Shown here: positions 23,471 through 34,088 of the stretch, one piece after another | How positions within the stretch are numbered: the stretch's first letter is position 1 | Layout: every line of letters begins with the position of its first letter | Origin: Blastocatellia bacterium | Lineage (GTDB): Bacteria; Acidobacteriota; Blastocatellia; RBC074 | Length of the DNA: 45,990 nucleotides | NCBI GenBank assembly: GCA_031398365.1 | Contig: JANNND010000325.1 | Location: 1-45,990 of the forward strand | Direction: 5' to 3' | Translations under genes and position numbers: made by a program | Notes under the pieces: model-generated | What the model saw: only the letters and a program-made list of their open reading frames with translations | Database searches by the model: none | What the model was told of the DNA's origin: nothing

Positions 23471-24454
23471 TCACCAATCAATCTTCATTGCGCTGCGCAC
23501 TTCGGTCATAATTCGCTCGGCTTCCGCGCGCGCTTTTTTCGAGCCTTCCAGCAAAACGTCGCGCACTTCGTCCTGATGATCGCGGTAATAACTCAGGCGT
23601 TCGGTAATCGGCGCGAGACGCTCAATCAAAGCCTCGCCCAATGCCTTCTTGCGATCCACACAACCGATCCCTGCGCCGCGACAATCAGCATCGAATTGAT
23701 CGGCAACCGCCGCCGGAACAAACAAGCGGTGCATCTTGCACACGTCGCAATCTTCGGGATGACCGGGGTCGGTGCGTTTGACGCGCGAGCGATCCGTAAT
23801 CATTTTGCGCGCTTTCGCCTGAATCACATCGGGCGTGTCGGCCAACTCAATCGTGTTGTTATAACTTTTGGACATCTTGCGCCCGTCAAGCCCGGTAAGC
23901 TGCAAAACTTCCGTATGCAAGGCCTGCGGTTCGGGAAAGACATCGCCGTAGAATTGATTGAAGCGACGCGCAATTTCCCGCGTTAATTCAATGTGCGCGG
24001 CTTGATCTTTGCCGACCGGAACGTAATCGGCCTTGTACATGCAAATGTCTGCCGCCTGCAACACAGGGTAGCCGAAGAATGCGAAATTGCCGATGTCTTT
24101 GTCGGTAATATTTTCGCGCATTTCCTTGTATGTTGGCACGCGCTCCAACCAGCCGAGCGGCGTCAGGGTCGAGAAAATCAAATGCAATTCGGCGTGTTGC
24201 GGTACCAGCGATTGCGCGAAGATGACGCATTTGTTGGGATCAAGTCCCGCCGCCAACCAATCGGTCACCATCGCCAACGTGTTTTCTTTGATCTTTGATG
24301 TGTCCGCATAATCAGACGTCAACGCATGCCAATCCGCGACGAAGTAGAAGCATTGATATTGATCCTGTAATTTGACCCAGTTTTTCAGCGCGCCTTCGTA
24401 ATTGCCCAGATGCAATTTTCCGGTGGGACGCATTCCGCTCACAATTCTTTTCAT
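23471..24454 (-). CDS. trpS: tryptophan--tRNA ligase
   Basis: MKRIVSGMRPTGKLHLGNYEGAL (HIGH-type motif), KMSKS, and full-length class I TrpRS pattern. ATG 24454 avoids overlap with the upstream gene. Confidence 0.95.
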   Translation of the reverse strand: MKRIVSGMRPTGKLHLGNYEGALKNWVKLQDQYQCFYFVADWHALTSDYADTSKIKENTLAMVTDWLAAGLDPNKCVIFAQSLVPQHAELHLIFSTLTPLGWLERVPTYKEMRENITDKDIGNFAFFGYPVLQAADICMYKADYVPVGKDQAAHIELTREIARRFNQFYGDVFPEPQALHTEVLQLTGLDGRKMSKSYNNTIELADTPDVIQAKARKMITDRSRVKRTDPGHPEDCDVCKMHRLFVPAAVADQFDADCRGAGIGCVDRKKALGEALIERLAPITERLSYYRDHQDEVRDVLLEGSKKARAEAERIMTEVRSAMKIDW

Positions 24455-24461
24455 AGGTATT

Positions 24462-25100
24462 TCACAGCAACGATTCAGCGAAGCGAATGATAGGGCTGAC
24501 AATACTTCTGAAAATCCCCGTAAACATAATCGCCAACAAGATGATCAGCCCAAAGGGGCGAATTTGCTGAAAAAGCTGCGCAGCATTATAGGGTAGTAAG
24601 GTTTCCAACATCGCACCGCCATCCAACGGCGGGATCGGCAATAAATTCAAGATCATCAGCACGATATTCAGCCAAACGCCCGTATATAAAAAGGCCAAGG
24701 CACCACTGCGAAAGCTACCCATCGAGAAGACCAATGGAGAAGCCACCACCTTATAGGCCAACATAAAGATGCCCACCAATACCATATTCGTTAACGGTCC
24801 TGCCGCTGATGTCCAGAAAGAGCCCCATTTTGCATCCCGCATGCGCGAAGGTGTCACGGGTGTGCTCGCCCATCCCATCAACATTCCCCCCATCAGCAAT
24901 CCCATTAAAGGAACCACCACCATTCCAATCGGCTCGCGTTTCATATGGGGGAACGGGCTAATGGTTAATTGTCCTGCTTCTTTGCCCGTGGGATCGCCCC
25001 AACGGTTGGCCATCCAGGCGTGCGCAGCTTCGTGACAGGCAGTCGAGAAAAGAAAAACAACAAAGGTAATGACAATCATGCCAAGGTCTAAATTGCCCAC
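24462..25100 (-). CDS. site-2 protease family (M50) membrane metalloprotease
   Basis: HEAAHAW (HExxH) in TM1 and NLLPIPPLDGG in a later TM. GTG 25100 with SD AAGGAG. Confidence 0.85.
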   Translation of the reverse strand: MGNLDLGMIVITFVVFLFSTACHEAAHAWMANRWGDPTGKEAGQLTISPFPHMKREPIGMVVVPLMGLLMGGMLMGWASTPVTPSRMRDAKWGSFWTSAAGPLTNMVLVGIFMLAYKVVASPLVFSMGSFRSGALAFLYTGVWLNIVLMILNLLPIPPLDGGAMLETLLPYNAAQLFQQIRPFGLIILLAIMFTGIFRSIVSPIIRFAESLL

Positions 25101-25193
25101 GTTTTTGGCTCCTTAATTTGGATCATTTATTCTACCATTGGCACGGTAGCACGCGGCTTGAAGCACTGTCAATTCAGGCGTCTGGCGATATTT

Positions 25194-26339
25194 CTACTCA
25201 AAGACCGTTCCCATCGCTGCGCCCGCGTAGCCCGTCATTTCTAAATAACCGCGTCCGTTCACGGCGCGCCCGGCGTGTTTTCCGACAATCACAATTGCGC
25301 CTTCCCAGTAGCTCACACCCGTCGAACCATTCGTAATGAGTTCCTGATTTTCCATCGTCGCCGCGAGGTCTAATTCAATACTACGCGCCGGAATTTTGAC
25401 GCGCCATTGGATTGGGTAACTGGCCTTCGTCTGCGGCGAACGCCACATTTGCAGCGGCTCCAGGGTGAATTCATGCGCCGCGAGTTTGGTGGCCTTCCCT
25501 GCTCCGTCAATTAAGGTGCCGCTCGTATGCGAATCCAACACGCCATCATTGCGCCGAAATTGATAGAGCATCAAATCTGTGCCGTCGTCCAATTGAATCG
25601 CCAGCCAGTCCCAGCCCTTTTGTTCCTTTTCTAAAAAGCTGGTGCCGAATTCATGATCCATCCAACTGTCGCCGGTAACTTCAAAACGTTGCCCAGCCAT
25701 CGTAATCACGCCGCGCGTCGGCATGCGCGTTTGTGAGTAGTAATGCGACGCATTGCCAGGTTGTGCGCCTTTTTGACTGACGCCATCAGCACCGTGAATC
25801 GTCGGCGCTTTGCCCGGCTCTAAAGCAAGTTCAATCCCGAAGCTATCATCAAAAGCCTTCAGCAAAGTTCGTTTCGCATCATCGTGTTTCGCTTCCCAAT
25901 CTTCGTTCCAAACCCGATACACATTGGTTTCCGCCCCTGCCCAGCCGATGCCGGCGCGATTTAACTTTTCGGCATATTTGAATTGCTTGCCGTCAATATC
26001 CGTCACCGCCAAATGCGCCATAAATAAATCACGCACCGCCCACCGCGAAGGATTGGCGGGTTGTTTGTCCACGCCCACGCGAAAGAACGTGAGTTGATAA
26101 CCGAAGCGCTGCCCGTCCTTGGCCGTCAAATTTCCCGTGTAATACCACCATTCGATTTTGTGTTCAGGATGGCTGGCATGATCACGGCTGAAATCAAATT
26201 GATAGCCGGGCAACGCCTGTTTCCAATCACTCGCGGCGGACGCAAAGGACAGCCAACAAACTCCCACCACCAAACAAAATAAGACGATGTGCCGCCCTTT
26301 TGCCTTTTGCAATTTGCCTTTTGCCTTTTGATTTCTCAT
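25194..26339 (-). CDS. AttH / CrtC (carotenoid 1,2-hydratase)-like lipocalin-fold secreted protein
   Basis: Signal sequence, [15 protein letters not shown]..., WMDHEFG.... Its start overlaps the permease stop (ATGA). The context with an ABC ATPase and an FtsX-type permease mirrors the attE-H arrangement. Confidence 0.75.
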   Translation of the reverse strand: MRNQKAKGKLQKAKGRHIVLFCLVVGVCWLSFASAASDWKQALPGYQFDFSRDHASHPEHKIEWWYYTGNLTAKDGQRFGYQLTFFRVGVDKQPANPSRWAVRDLFMAHLAVTDIDGKQFKYAEKLNRAGIGWAGAETNVYRVWNEDWEAKHDDAKRTLLKAFDDSFGIELALEPGKAPTIHGADGVSQKGAQPGNASHYYSQTRMPTRGVITMAGQRFEVTGDSWMDHEFGTSFLEKEQKGWDWLAIQLDDGTDLMLYQFRRNDGVLDSHTSGTLIDGAGKATKLAAHEFTLEPLQMWRSPQTKASYPIQWRVKIPARSIELDLAATMENQELITNGSTGVSYWEGAIVIVGKHAGRAVNGRGYLEMTGYAGAAMGTVFE

Positions 26340-28918
26340 TCTTCCACCACTTGTTCCGTCGCGTGCATCCTTGCCGCTCGCGCCGCCGGATAGATTCCTG
26401 ACAAAGCCGTCGCGAGTAAAATCAGTACGGACGATTGCACCAAAAACAGCACGGGCAAACGAAACTGAATCGTCCAGCCGAAGCTTTGCACGTTGATGAC
26501 GTAAATCAGCACGAGCGACAACAACACGCCAACAACCAGGCCGATGCCTTGACTGACGCCGCCCATCAAAGCCGCTTCGATGACGACCATTTTGCGTACT
26601 TGTTTTTTGTCTGCGCCGATCAAACGCAGCATCGCAATCTCCTTGCGCCGTTCCAAAATGAGTGTCAGCAAGGTGCTGGCGACGCCGAGAATCGCGACGA
26701 AAATAGCAATGACTTCAAGGGCATAAGTAATCGCAAACGTGCTGTCGAAAATGCGCAGCACTTCGGTGCGAAGCGCGGCGTTCGTGTAAATCAGCACTTG
26801 GTATTGGTCGCCGAGCGCAGCCAGAATCTCATCGCGCGTTTGCTCGTGATTTGCGCCGTCCCGCAGATAAATCGTCAGGCTCGTGGGCAGTTGCTCACCC
26901 CAGTATTTAGCGAACGTGCCGCGATCCATCACGACGATGCCGCGATCACTGGAATAATCGAAATACTCGCCGACGATGCGAAAGGCGGCTTCACCTTTGG
27001 GTGTGTTGAGTTTGATTTCATCGCCGACGGCTTTGTTACGCTTGATCGCGAAGCTTTCGGAAACGACTACGGAGTCGGTGCCAATCGCACTGCGCATCGC
27101 GACTTTGGCTGCGGGAGAGCGCGGCGCTTTGAATTGCAAACCGCCGTGTACAAGCAACACCTCAAAATCGCCCGCGCCGAGTGTAATTAAGGCGTCTTCA
27201 TACAGCACATCAAAATTACGAAAGCGATCCATCGCCAATATTGACGGGTGTCTGCGAATAATGGATTCAGCTTCGGGCGAGATCGTGGCATCGGTGGAAA
27301 CATTGGTTCGTGTGGCGGGGCGCAAGTATAAATCAGCCTGCAAAGTTTGGCCTATCCAATAATCCACGGTGGCGCGAAAGCTGCCAATCATGACAGCAAT
27401 CGCCACCATCATCGAAAGGCTGATCGCCAGGGCGGCAACGGAAATTGCAATGCGCGGAATCGCTCCGGCTAAGTTTGCGGTAGCGAGTTGTCCTTCGATT
27501 TTGAAGACGCGCGCCAGCAAACGCTTCCCCACACGCGTCACGAAAAACAAAACTGCCGGTACGAAAAATGCCCCAGCCGCGATGATGGACAGCGCGGCGG
27601 CATAACCGAATAAAGGCAACGCGCCGAAAGGTTTTTGTTGCGCGAAGAACCACGCCGCAGCCAATAAAATCAGGGGTGCGAGCCAATACAGCTTGCGCAG
27701 GCGAAAGCGCGATTCCAAGCGATCATTGCCGCGCATTGCCGCTGTTGGCGCTACGCGCGAAGCTTCCAGCGCAGGCATCGCAGCCGCTAAAAGCGACAGC
27801 GGCAGTCCGATGCCGAAGGCGATGACGAAATGCTTCAGGCTCACGGCGGGCGGTTCGGCGGCAACCGCAATGTACAACGAACTCACGGTCGTGGCGGTAA
27901 GCTTGACTGCGCCAAATGAAAGCAAACGTCCCAGCGCGAGGCCGAGCGCGCAACCAATGAGGGCGAGCGCAGCAGCTTCGGCTAAAAACATGGCAAGCAC
28001 GTGTTTGCTGGTGACGCCGAGCGCGCGCAACGTACCGATTTCTTCGCGCCGCGTAATCACCGAAATCGAAACCGTGTTGTAAATCAAAAATAAGCCAACG
28101 ATCAGCGCGATGTAGGATAACGCCGTCAAATTGAAGTGAAACGCGGCGAGCATTTTTTCCACATGTCGCCCGCGCCGCGCCGGACGTTGCGCAATCAATC
28201 CTTGCGGCAGCTTTTGCTGGATCGTTTTTTCGGCCTCATCAATGTTGAGGTCTTCACGCAACCGCACATCTACGCGATCAATGCGCCCCAGACGATTGAA
28301 GGCCAACTGCGCCGCCGCGATGTCCATCAACGCGAAACTGCCATCCACCGCGCGGGCGGCGCCTTCGTTTTTCAACAGGCCACGCACGGTGAAGAGTTCA
28401 GCTTTGTCGCCAAACGTAAGTGTAAGTGTGGAATTCACCGCAAGGCCGTATTTATTAGCGAATTTCTCTGTCAGCACAATTGAACGCGAGTCGAGCAGCA
28501 AGGTCAGAAAATCGGTTGGCGTCAGGTTTTGCTGGCCTTCGGTTTGCAATTTGTAATCGCGGATTGAACGATCCCGCAAGATGTCTACGCCGAGGATGCG
28601 CAGCGTTTCGCGCTTGTTACTGGGAAATATGGCTTGAGCATCGCCTTCGATAATCGGGCTGACAACACCGTATTCCCGCAACCATCCAAGCTCACGCAAT
28701 TGCAATTCATCCAAGCCCAAACCCGCGCCCGTGATTTCAATGGAGGTTTTGCCGGAGATGGTTTCGACTGCGGCCTCAAAGCCACGCACCGAACTGTCAT
28801 TGGTGAGTTGAATCGCAATCACGACTGCAATACCCAGCGCAATGCCGAGAATCGTGGCGACAGAACGCAACCGCTCGTTCAATAAATGGCGCAGGATGAA
28901 TTGCTGAAACAATCGCAT
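26336..28918 (-). CDS. ABC transporter permease, duplicated FtsX/MacB-type (860 aa)
   Basis: Two FtsX modules, each a TM helix, a large periplasmic domain and three TM helices. Motifs EIG(T/M)LR(A/L)(L/I)G. Confidence 0.9.
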   Translation of the reverse strand: MRLFQQFILRHLLNERLRSVATILGIALGIAVVIAIQLTNDSSVRGFEAAVETISGKTSIEITGAGLGLDELQLRELGWLREYGVVSPIIEGDAQAIFPSNKRETLRILGVDILRDRSIRDYKLQTEGQQNLTPTDFLTLLLDSRSIVLTEKFANKYGLAVNSTLTLTFGDKAELFTVRGLLKNEGAARAVDGSFALMDIAAAQLAFNRLGRIDRVDVRLREDLNIDEAEKTIQQKLPQGLIAQRPARRGRHVEKMLAAFHFNLTALSYIALIVGLFLIYNTVSISVITRREEIGTLRALGVTSKHVLAMFLAEAAALALIGCALGLALGRLLSFGAVKLTATTVSSLYIAVAAEPPAVSLKHFVIAFGIGLPLSLLAAAMPALEASRVAPTAAMRGNDRLESRFRLRKLYWLAPLILLAAAWFFAQQKPFGALPLFGYAAALSIIAAGAFFVPAVLFFVTRVGKRLLARVFKIEGQLATANLAGAIPRIAISVAALAISLSMMVAIAVMIGSFRATVDYWIGQTLQADLYLRPATRTNVSTDATISPEAESIIRRHPSILAMDRFRNFDVLYEDALITLGAGDFEVLLVHGGLQFKAPRSPAAKVAMRSAIGTDSVVVSESFAIKRNKAVGDEIKLNTPKGEAAFRIVGEYFDYSSDRGIVVMDRGTFAKYWGEQLPTSLTIYLRDGANHEQTRDEILAALGDQYQVLIYTNAALRTEVLRIFDSTFAITYALEVIAIFVAILGVASTLLTLILERRKEIAMLRLIGADKKQVRKMVVIEAALMGGVSQGIGLVVGVLLSLVLIYVINVQSFGWTIQFRLPVLFLVQSSVLILLATALSGIYPAARAARMHATEQVVEE

Positions 28919-29096
28919 TGTTGATTGGGAATTGAACCATGGAACAGGGGGATTTTTGACAGGATGAACAAGTTTATTTCAGGAGTTACAAGTCTTTTTT
29001 ACTGTGCAGAATCTTGGTCAATCTTGCCCAAATCATGTCCATCCTGTCTTGATTTCCTCTGTGTCCTCTGTGGTTAAGGTTCTTCTCCATTTTTGC

Positions 29097-29807
29097 CTAC
29101 GAAACAGCAGCCAATGGGGGCGGATTCGCGGCTTGAATTTCTTCGCGTTCAATCAGGCCGTCGCGCAGGTGAATGATTTTTTGAGCCGCCGCCGCCGTGT
29201 CCAGGGAGTGGGTCGCTAATAAAATTGTGAGCTGCAATTCACGATTCAATTCGCTGAGCAGTTGCAACACGCGCGCGCCATTGTCCGAATCCAAATTGCC
29301 CGTTGGCTCATCCGCAATCAGCAGCGCGGGCGCGTGCACCACGGCGCGCGCAATCGCCGCGCGTTGCATCTCGCCGCCGGAAAGTTGCTGCGGGTAATGC
29401 TGCAAGCGATGGCTCAATCCAACGCGCGCAGCAAGGTCTTGCGCTTTAGTTACGGCTGATTTTTTTTGCGCCAGTTGCAGCGGCAAAGCGATATTTTCCA
29501 GGACGGTCAGGGTCGGCAATAGATTGAAAAACTGAAAAACAAATCCAATGCGTTCGCGCCGCAGTTTCGTTAACGCATCATCGCTCAGCGCGGATAGGGA
29601 AACGTTTTCGATGCGCAAGCTTCCGCTGGTCGGGCGATCCATTGCGCCGCACAAATGCAGCAAGGTGGATTTGCCGCCGCCCGATGGCCCCATAATCGCG
29701 ACGAAATCCCCTGCCTGCAAATCCAGGCTGATACCGCGCACAGCTTCGACGATTGCCGCTCCGCCAACATAGGATTTACACACGTTTTCAGCCGTGAGAA
29801 TGCTCAT
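29097..29807 (-). CDS. ABC transporter ATP-binding protein (MacB/LolD-like)
   Basis: Walker [10 protein letters not shown], signature LSGGEMQR, Walker [16 protein letters not shown]; the ATG lies 1 nt after the upstream stop. Confidence 0.95.
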   Translation of the reverse strand: MSILTAENVCKSYVGGAAIVEAVRGISLDLQAGDFVAIMGPSGGGKSTLLHLCGAMDRPTSGSLRIENVSLSALSDDALTKLRRERIGFVFQFFNLLPTLTVLENIALPLQLAQKKSAVTKAQDLAARVGLSHRLQHYPQQLSGGEMQRAAIARAVVHAPALLIADEPTGNLDSDNGARVLQLLSELNRELQLTILLATHSLDTAAAAQKIIHLRDGLIEREEIQAANPPPLAAVS

Positions 29808-29808
29808 G

Positions 29809-30555
29809 CTAAGCCTCCAGTTTGAACGGACTGAAGTTGGTATCGCGGTCGTAGTAGTCTTCGTTTTCGACTCGCTTCAAAAAGGCCACGATGCGATAGG
29901 TGACAGGCGTCATCACTACTTCCCATAACACTTTGAGCAGATAGTTATGAAACATCACTTCTGCGACTTGCGGCCAAGTCCAGCCTGGTAAACTCAAAAT
30001 GGCAGCAAAAGCCAGCGGATAAAAGATCAGGGAATCTATGGCTTCGCCCACAATGGTGGAACCAATGGTTCGCATCCACAAAAACCGCCCTTCCATGCCG
30101 ATTTTCATCTTGGCAAGCGTGACCGAATTGGCGAACTCGCCCGCCCAAAACGCCACGAGTGAAGCCAGAACAATGCGCCACGTGTTGCCGAAGGCTTTTT
30201 CGTAAACCTCCTGCCCATCCCAACCGGGTGCAGGCGGCATGTTCACTACGACAAAACTCATAAATGACGCAAAAATCATAGCCCCAAAGCCAGCCCAAAT
30301 CACCCGCCGCGAACGCGCATAGCCATAAACTTCAGTCAGAATGTCGCCAAAAACATAGCTGATAGGGAAAAACAAAATTCCTGCGCCAAACGTAAAGCCC
30401 CCAACAATAGTGCGTTTACTGGCACCGATTAAATTGGCGCACAGCAGGATTGCGACGAAAGCGGCCATCACGAGGTCATAATATTTGTATTGGCGCTGCG
30501 GATTATCAGAAGTACCAGTAAGGTCAGCAGTAGCTGCGAATTTATTTGCCTTCAA
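29809..30555 (-). CDS. queuosine-precursor transporter family protein (YhhQ/DUF165)
   Basis: [25 protein letters not shown]...[26 protein letters not shown]... is the YhhQ family pattern. TTG start with SD AAGGAA. Confidence 0.8.
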   Translation of the reverse strand: MKANKFAATADLTGTSDNPQRQYKYYDLVMAAFVAILLCANLIGASKRTIVGGFTFGAGILFFPISYVFGDILTEVYGYARSRRVIWAGFGAMIFASFMSFVVVNMPPAPGWDGQEVYEKAFGNTWRIVLASLVAFWAGEFANSVTLAKMKIGMEGRFLWMRTIGSTIVGEAIDSLIFYPLAFAAILSLPGWTWPQVAEVMFHNYLLKVLWEVVMTPVTYRIVAFLKRVENEDYYDRDTNFSPFKLEA

Positions 30556-30886
30556 GAGTAGTTCCTTTTCTTTCGATCAGCCGAAGCTTTTGATCCCTGT
30601 TGTTTGAGTTCACTATTTATACTACCCCGATCAATTCCGGCTGACTACCTGTGACGATGGCACAGGTACTTTTTAATTGTTCCGGGATTGTCAAAGTTTT
30701 GTGGCGGAACAGCAGCCCAACAAACCTTCCAAAGTTGCGACAAGAATAAAACACAATCACATCCTAGTCTTTGCCCTGTTCATGGGAGCTTACGGCCCAG
30801 CGGCAAAACATTTTGTGTGGCAATTGCGCAAGGAGCAATTTGCCGCTGGGCGGTAGGACGTTATTAATTTACCTGGAGGAGTTCGA

Positions 30887-31390
30887 ATGAAATTGAAACT
30901 GAAAATAGCTGCCCTGATGTGTGCAGTAGCGGTATTGCTAACGGGATTGACAACGACAGCGCAGGCGCAAGACAAAGACATTGTAGACACGGCAGTGGCT
31001 GCCGGAAACTTCAAAACCTTAGCAACGGCTTTAACAGAGGCAGGGTTGATTGACACGCTGAAGAGTGGCGGACCATTTACTGTCTTTGCCCCCACAGATG
31101 AAGCGTTTGCTAAAATCCCGAAAGCCAAGCTGGAAGCTTTGCTCAAGGATAAAGCAGCGTTGACAAAAGTGTTGACCTATCACGTGGTCAAAGGCAAAGT
31201 TCCGGCCTCGCAGGTGGTCACGCTTGATGGGAAAAGCGTTGCCACAGTGGAAGGATCAACGGTCAAGGTTACAGTGAAAGGCGATAAGGTTATGGTGAAT
31301 AATGCCAACGTCGTGAAGACTGACATCATGACCAGTAACGGGGTCATTCACGTAATTGATACAGTGATTATGCCCAAGATGAAAAAATAG
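30887..31390 (+). CDS. secreted fasciclin (FAS1) domain protein
   Basis: SD GGAGGAG and a signal peptide. [35 protein letters not shown]...LTYHVV...[13 protein letters not shown]. Confidence 0.9.
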   Translation: MKLKLKIAALMCAVAVLLTGLTTTAQAQDKDIVDTAVAAGNFKTLATALTEAGLIDTLKSGGPFTVFAPTDEAFAKIPKAKLEALLKDKAALTKVLTYHVVKGKVPASQVVTLDGKSVATVEGSTVKVTVKGDKVMVNNANVVKTDIMTSNGVIHVIDTVIMPKMKK

Positions 31391-31417
31391 ACGTTTTATG
31401 GGATGAATTTTGGTTGC

Positions 31418-31451
31418 AACAAGGTGAGGAGCACTTGCTTCTCACCTTGTT
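31418..31451. terminator. shared hairpin between convergent genes
   Basis: aacaaggtgaggagc-actt-gcttctcaccttgtt: a 15-bp stem with one G-U pair. The flanking U-tracts are weak. Confidence 0.5.
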
Positions 31452-31454
31452 CAT

Positions 31455-32507
31455 TTAGAGCGATGTGAGTAAATCTGCCGCCAAATATGGATTTTCCCAA
31501 AGATCAGTGCCAGTCCATAACTGATAAAACGAAGTGTCTTTGACGAGCGCTGTTAACAGCTTTAATTGGTTTTGCGTATGGTCACGATTGAGCGGAAAAA
31601 ACATGGATTGCCCGATCAAGCGTCGGAGCGCCTCACTTTTGGGCAAAGGCTCTAAATGGCTTTGCTTCGCACCGGTGAGTTGTGGGAATAGCACTTGAGC
31701 GACTCGCGTAAAACTGCCTTCACTAAAGGGTGCTGAATTGAAAAGCGTCAAGCCATCCACACAGGCACGATCATGATAAAAGTATTGCACCTTTACGTTA
31801 TGAAGGACCTCCCATTGTTGTAACAAGGCTGCGGCCAAATGAAAATCACGCCTGAAGGCGTGCAACTCTGCCTGGCCTTGTGCGTTTGCTTGCAACACCA
31901 TTCCGTCATCAGAAAGGGGATGCCAACCGCCGATCCCAAGCGCCGTCGTTAGTGTTGTTTTTCCGGCCCGTTGACCACCGCAGATAAGTATCAGGCGCTG
32001 CGCTGGAGAAAGCACTGCTGCCGTGTGCAAGTGGTAAACACGCTGTCCTCGGAGCGCCAACATCAAGGTCATAAACACATACGTATTTACCATCAGGTGG
32101 GGCCAATCCAGCGCATCCCGGGAAATGATGCCAACAATCCTGCCGGACGCTGGCTCAACCCGAATTACAGCGTTGCCAAAGTGAAAATGGAAATGAAACT
32201 GCTCTCGTCCTCGGCTTACGGTTTTCCAAATCGTAGTAACTTCCTGTTGCCCTACGAATTCAGCTTCAACTGGGATTAATTGCTTGAGGGTGGCGGAAGC
32301 AGTCGCAAATTTCAGGCGCAATTTGATGGTTGGCGCGGATCGTAAGAAAGCTTCTGGCGCGGCTTGCGGGTAGAAGCGAAAATAGCTTTGACAAAGGCTC
32401 AGCAGGTAGGGATTAGGAGTAATAAGGACAACGTTCACTCCACAAATTTCAAAACTCCAAGTTAGCACGGTAAGATAAGTAAAGGCACCGTTAACCGCGT
32501 TCGCCAT
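31455..32507 (-). CDS. HprK-related kinase (HPr kinase C-terminal-like P-loop protein), 350 aa
   Basis: LILICGGQRAGKTTLTTALGIGGWHPLSDDGMVL parallels the HprK catalytic core GxSGxGKSExALEL..RGH.LVADD. Its size and N-terminal domain resemble the kinases found next to PqqD proteins. Confidence 0.75.
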   Translation of the reverse strand: MANAVNGAFTYLTVLTWSFEICGVNVVLITPNPYLLSLCQSYFRFYPQAAPEAFLRSAPTIKLRLKFATASATLKQLIPVEAEFVGQQEVTTIWKTVSRGREQFHFHFHFGNAVIRVEPASGRIVGIISRDALDWPHLMVNTYVFMTLMLALRGQRVYHLHTAAVLSPAQRLILICGGQRAGKTTLTTALGIGGWHPLSDDGMVLQANAQGQAELHAFRRDFHLAAALLQQWEVLHNVKVQYFYHDRACVDGLTLFNSAPFSEGSFTRVAQVLFPQLTGAKQSHLEPLPKSEALRRLIGQSMFFPLNRDHTQNQLKLLTALVKDTSFYQLWTGTDLWENPYLAADLLTSL

Positions 32508-32553
32508 TAACGATGCCTAAAGTTACGAAAGGAATATGTTGTGTAGTAAGGGA

Positions 32554-33000
32554 CTAGCTGCCCCCGCCCAAAGCACCTGCCGCTCCGGTGGAAGCGCCGC
32601 CTGCCAAGTTTAGCTCCATAACTGAGTTAGAACTTTTCACACAGGGAGGTTCATAGGCAGATAATTCATTCGGCGCAGGAAAAGAAAAGCCTGTTCGGCC
32701 AACGACTGGTTCGGTCGTTTCCGAAAGCAAGCGATCTTGCACCAATCCTGCGACAAACTGCCGGACATCCGGCTCAGCCGTTGCGAAGCTGATGGCAAAG
32801 GCGATAGCCAGTTTGTCGGTTAATTGCGCAATCGTTGTTGCGCTGCCAGAGCGTAGATGCTTCCACAGTAAAGTGGCGGCAGCGTTCAAAGAGTAGTAAT
32901 GCAGGTTTTCCAAATCCAGAATGATGGATTCCTGATGGTCAATCAGCTCCGTAAAGGAAGCCTGTTCCTTAGTCACAAATTGTTGCTTGCCGGTTATCAT
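32554..33000 (-). CDS. PqqD-family (RiPP recognition element) protein with a 55-aa C-terminal Gly/Ala/Ser-rich tail ending in Ser
   Basis: The PqqD pattern is ESIILDLENLHYYSLNAAATLLWKHL...TIAQLTDKLAIAFAISFATAEPDVRQFVAGLVQDRLL. The tail is ETTEPVVGRTGFSFPAPNELSAYEPPCVKSSNSVMELNLAGGASTGAAGALGGGS*. SD AAGGAA. Confidence 0.75.
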   Translation of the reverse strand: MITGKQQFVTKEQASFTELIDHQESIILDLENLHYYSLNAAATLLWKHLRSGSATTIAQLTDKLAIAFAISFATAEPDVRQFVAGLVQDRLLSETTEPVVGRTGFSFPAPNELSAYEPPCVKSSNSVMELNLAGGASTGAAGALGGGS

Positions 33001-33019
33001 TTGAATTCCTGATTCCTTA

Positions 33020-34009
33020 TTATTGATTTTGTCCGCGCAGTGTTACCTGACGGCTTGGCGGAGTGCGGCGTTGAGTGTCAGTCGGAGCCGAAATAAAAGC
33101 AGCAGAACCGTCAGGGCCAGGATTATTTGTCAATCGTTGCACCGCATTGGTACCCAGATTGAGCAAATAAAGCTCTGAGTCACCGCTGCGATTTGAAGTG
33201 AAAACAATGCGCGATCCGTCTGGTGAAATTGCTGCCTCGCCATCCCCTGCTTCAGTCAGGACTTGAAAGGCTCCGGTCGCTACCTCGACGAGCGCAACGC
33301 CCGTGAGTCTACTGGGAGTCGCAGTCGTTGTAAAGACTATTCTCTGGGAGTTGGCCGACCAATTAATACCCCCAATTGCCCCACCCTGTTTCGTTAATTG
33401 CCGTAGTTCTTTCGTAGTGGTATTGACCAACCAAACTTCGTTGGCACCGCTGCGATTGGACATAAAGGCAACAAACTTGCCATTTGGCGAAATAGCGGGA
33501 GACACATTGGAATTACTGTCGGCAGCCACTAATTCCTGTCGTTCACGTCCATCAAACTGCATTACCTCAATCTTGCCGTTGGAGGAAAATGCCAGCAGCG
33601 AACCATCTGCCGTTAATGAAGGGTTGGTTTCTTCGAGCGTATTGATGGTCAGCCGATTCACCGCTGCCAGCACCGGGCGCCGTGTGCGCCAAGTCGAACT
33701 GAGCTGGGCGGTAAAAAGTTCATAAGAACTTCCCTCGCGTGCAGCAAAGGCTGCAACACGAGCGCTGGAGGCCGTTGCCGGCGTAATTTTACCGCGCCCT
33801 GTATCCGTCAACTGACTGACCTGCGCGGATTTTAAATCCAGTAAGAAAAGTTCCGTCGTTCCAGTGCGATTGGAAACAAAAATCACATAATCCGAATCGC
33901 TGCTGACCCGATCTTGAGCCATCACGAACGCATTACACAACAGTCCGAGGAGCATTGTAATAACCAATGATTTGAGTGTACTGATAAAATTGCGATTAAA
34001 GAATGTCAT
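33020..34009 (-). CDS. TolB-like periplasmic beta-propeller protein (PD40 repeats)
   Basis: N-terminal signal/anchor. Repeats include ISPNGKFVAFMSNRSGANEVWLVN, ISPDGSRIVFTSNRSGDSELYLLN and FVSNRTGTTELFLLD. SD AGGAGA. Confidence 0.8.
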   Translation of the reverse strand: MTFFNRNFISTLKSLVITMLLGLLCNAFVMAQDRVSSDSDYVIFVSNRTGTTELFLLDLKSAQVSQLTDTGRGKITPATASSARVAAFAAREGSSYELFTAQLSSTWRTRRPVLAAVNRLTINTLEETNPSLTADGSLLAFSSNGKIEVMQFDGRERQELVAADSNSNVSPAISPNGKFVAFMSNRSGANEVWLVNTTTKELRQLTKQGGAIGGINWSANSQRIVFTTTATPSRLTGVALVEVATGAFQVLTEAGDGEAAISPDGSRIVFTSNRSGDSELYLLNLGTNAVQRLTNNPGPDGSAAFISAPTDTQRRTPPSRQVTLRGQNQ

Positions 34010-34043
34010 AAAAACCTGTCTCCTGTTTATGAGTTCAAGAGGA

Positions 34044-34071
34044 GGGCTGGATTCGATTCCGAATCCAGCCC
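34044..34071 (-). other. intercistronic 12-bp stem-loop (GGGCTGGATTCG-loop-CGAATCCAGCCC)
   Basis: A perfect inverted repeat between the giant gene's stop (34089) and the TolB-like start (34009). There is no U-tract on the transcribed sense, so it is probably an mRNA stability or processing hairpin. Confidence 0.55.
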
Positions 34072-34088
34072 TATTTCTCAGATGCTGA

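Noticed and set aside
30556-30700. Possible preQ1 riboswitch in the leader of the yhhQ-like queuosine-precursor transporter
   Set aside because: YhhQ-family genes are often preQ1-riboswitch controlled, and the leader has a 9-bp hairpin (TACCTGTG-ccatcg-TCACAGGTA) and a UUCG-capped stem. However, I could not find the preQ1-I hallmark (a short stem-loop followed by an A-rich tail with a CUA/pseudoknot pairing) or a preQ1-II/III-like arrangement. An Infernal scan is needed before any call.
30790-31146. 118-aa minus-strand ORF
   Set aside because: It is antisense to, and almost fully overlapping, the well-supported fasciclin gene (SD, signal peptide, FAS1 motifs). It is an Ala/Ser-rich shadow ORF.
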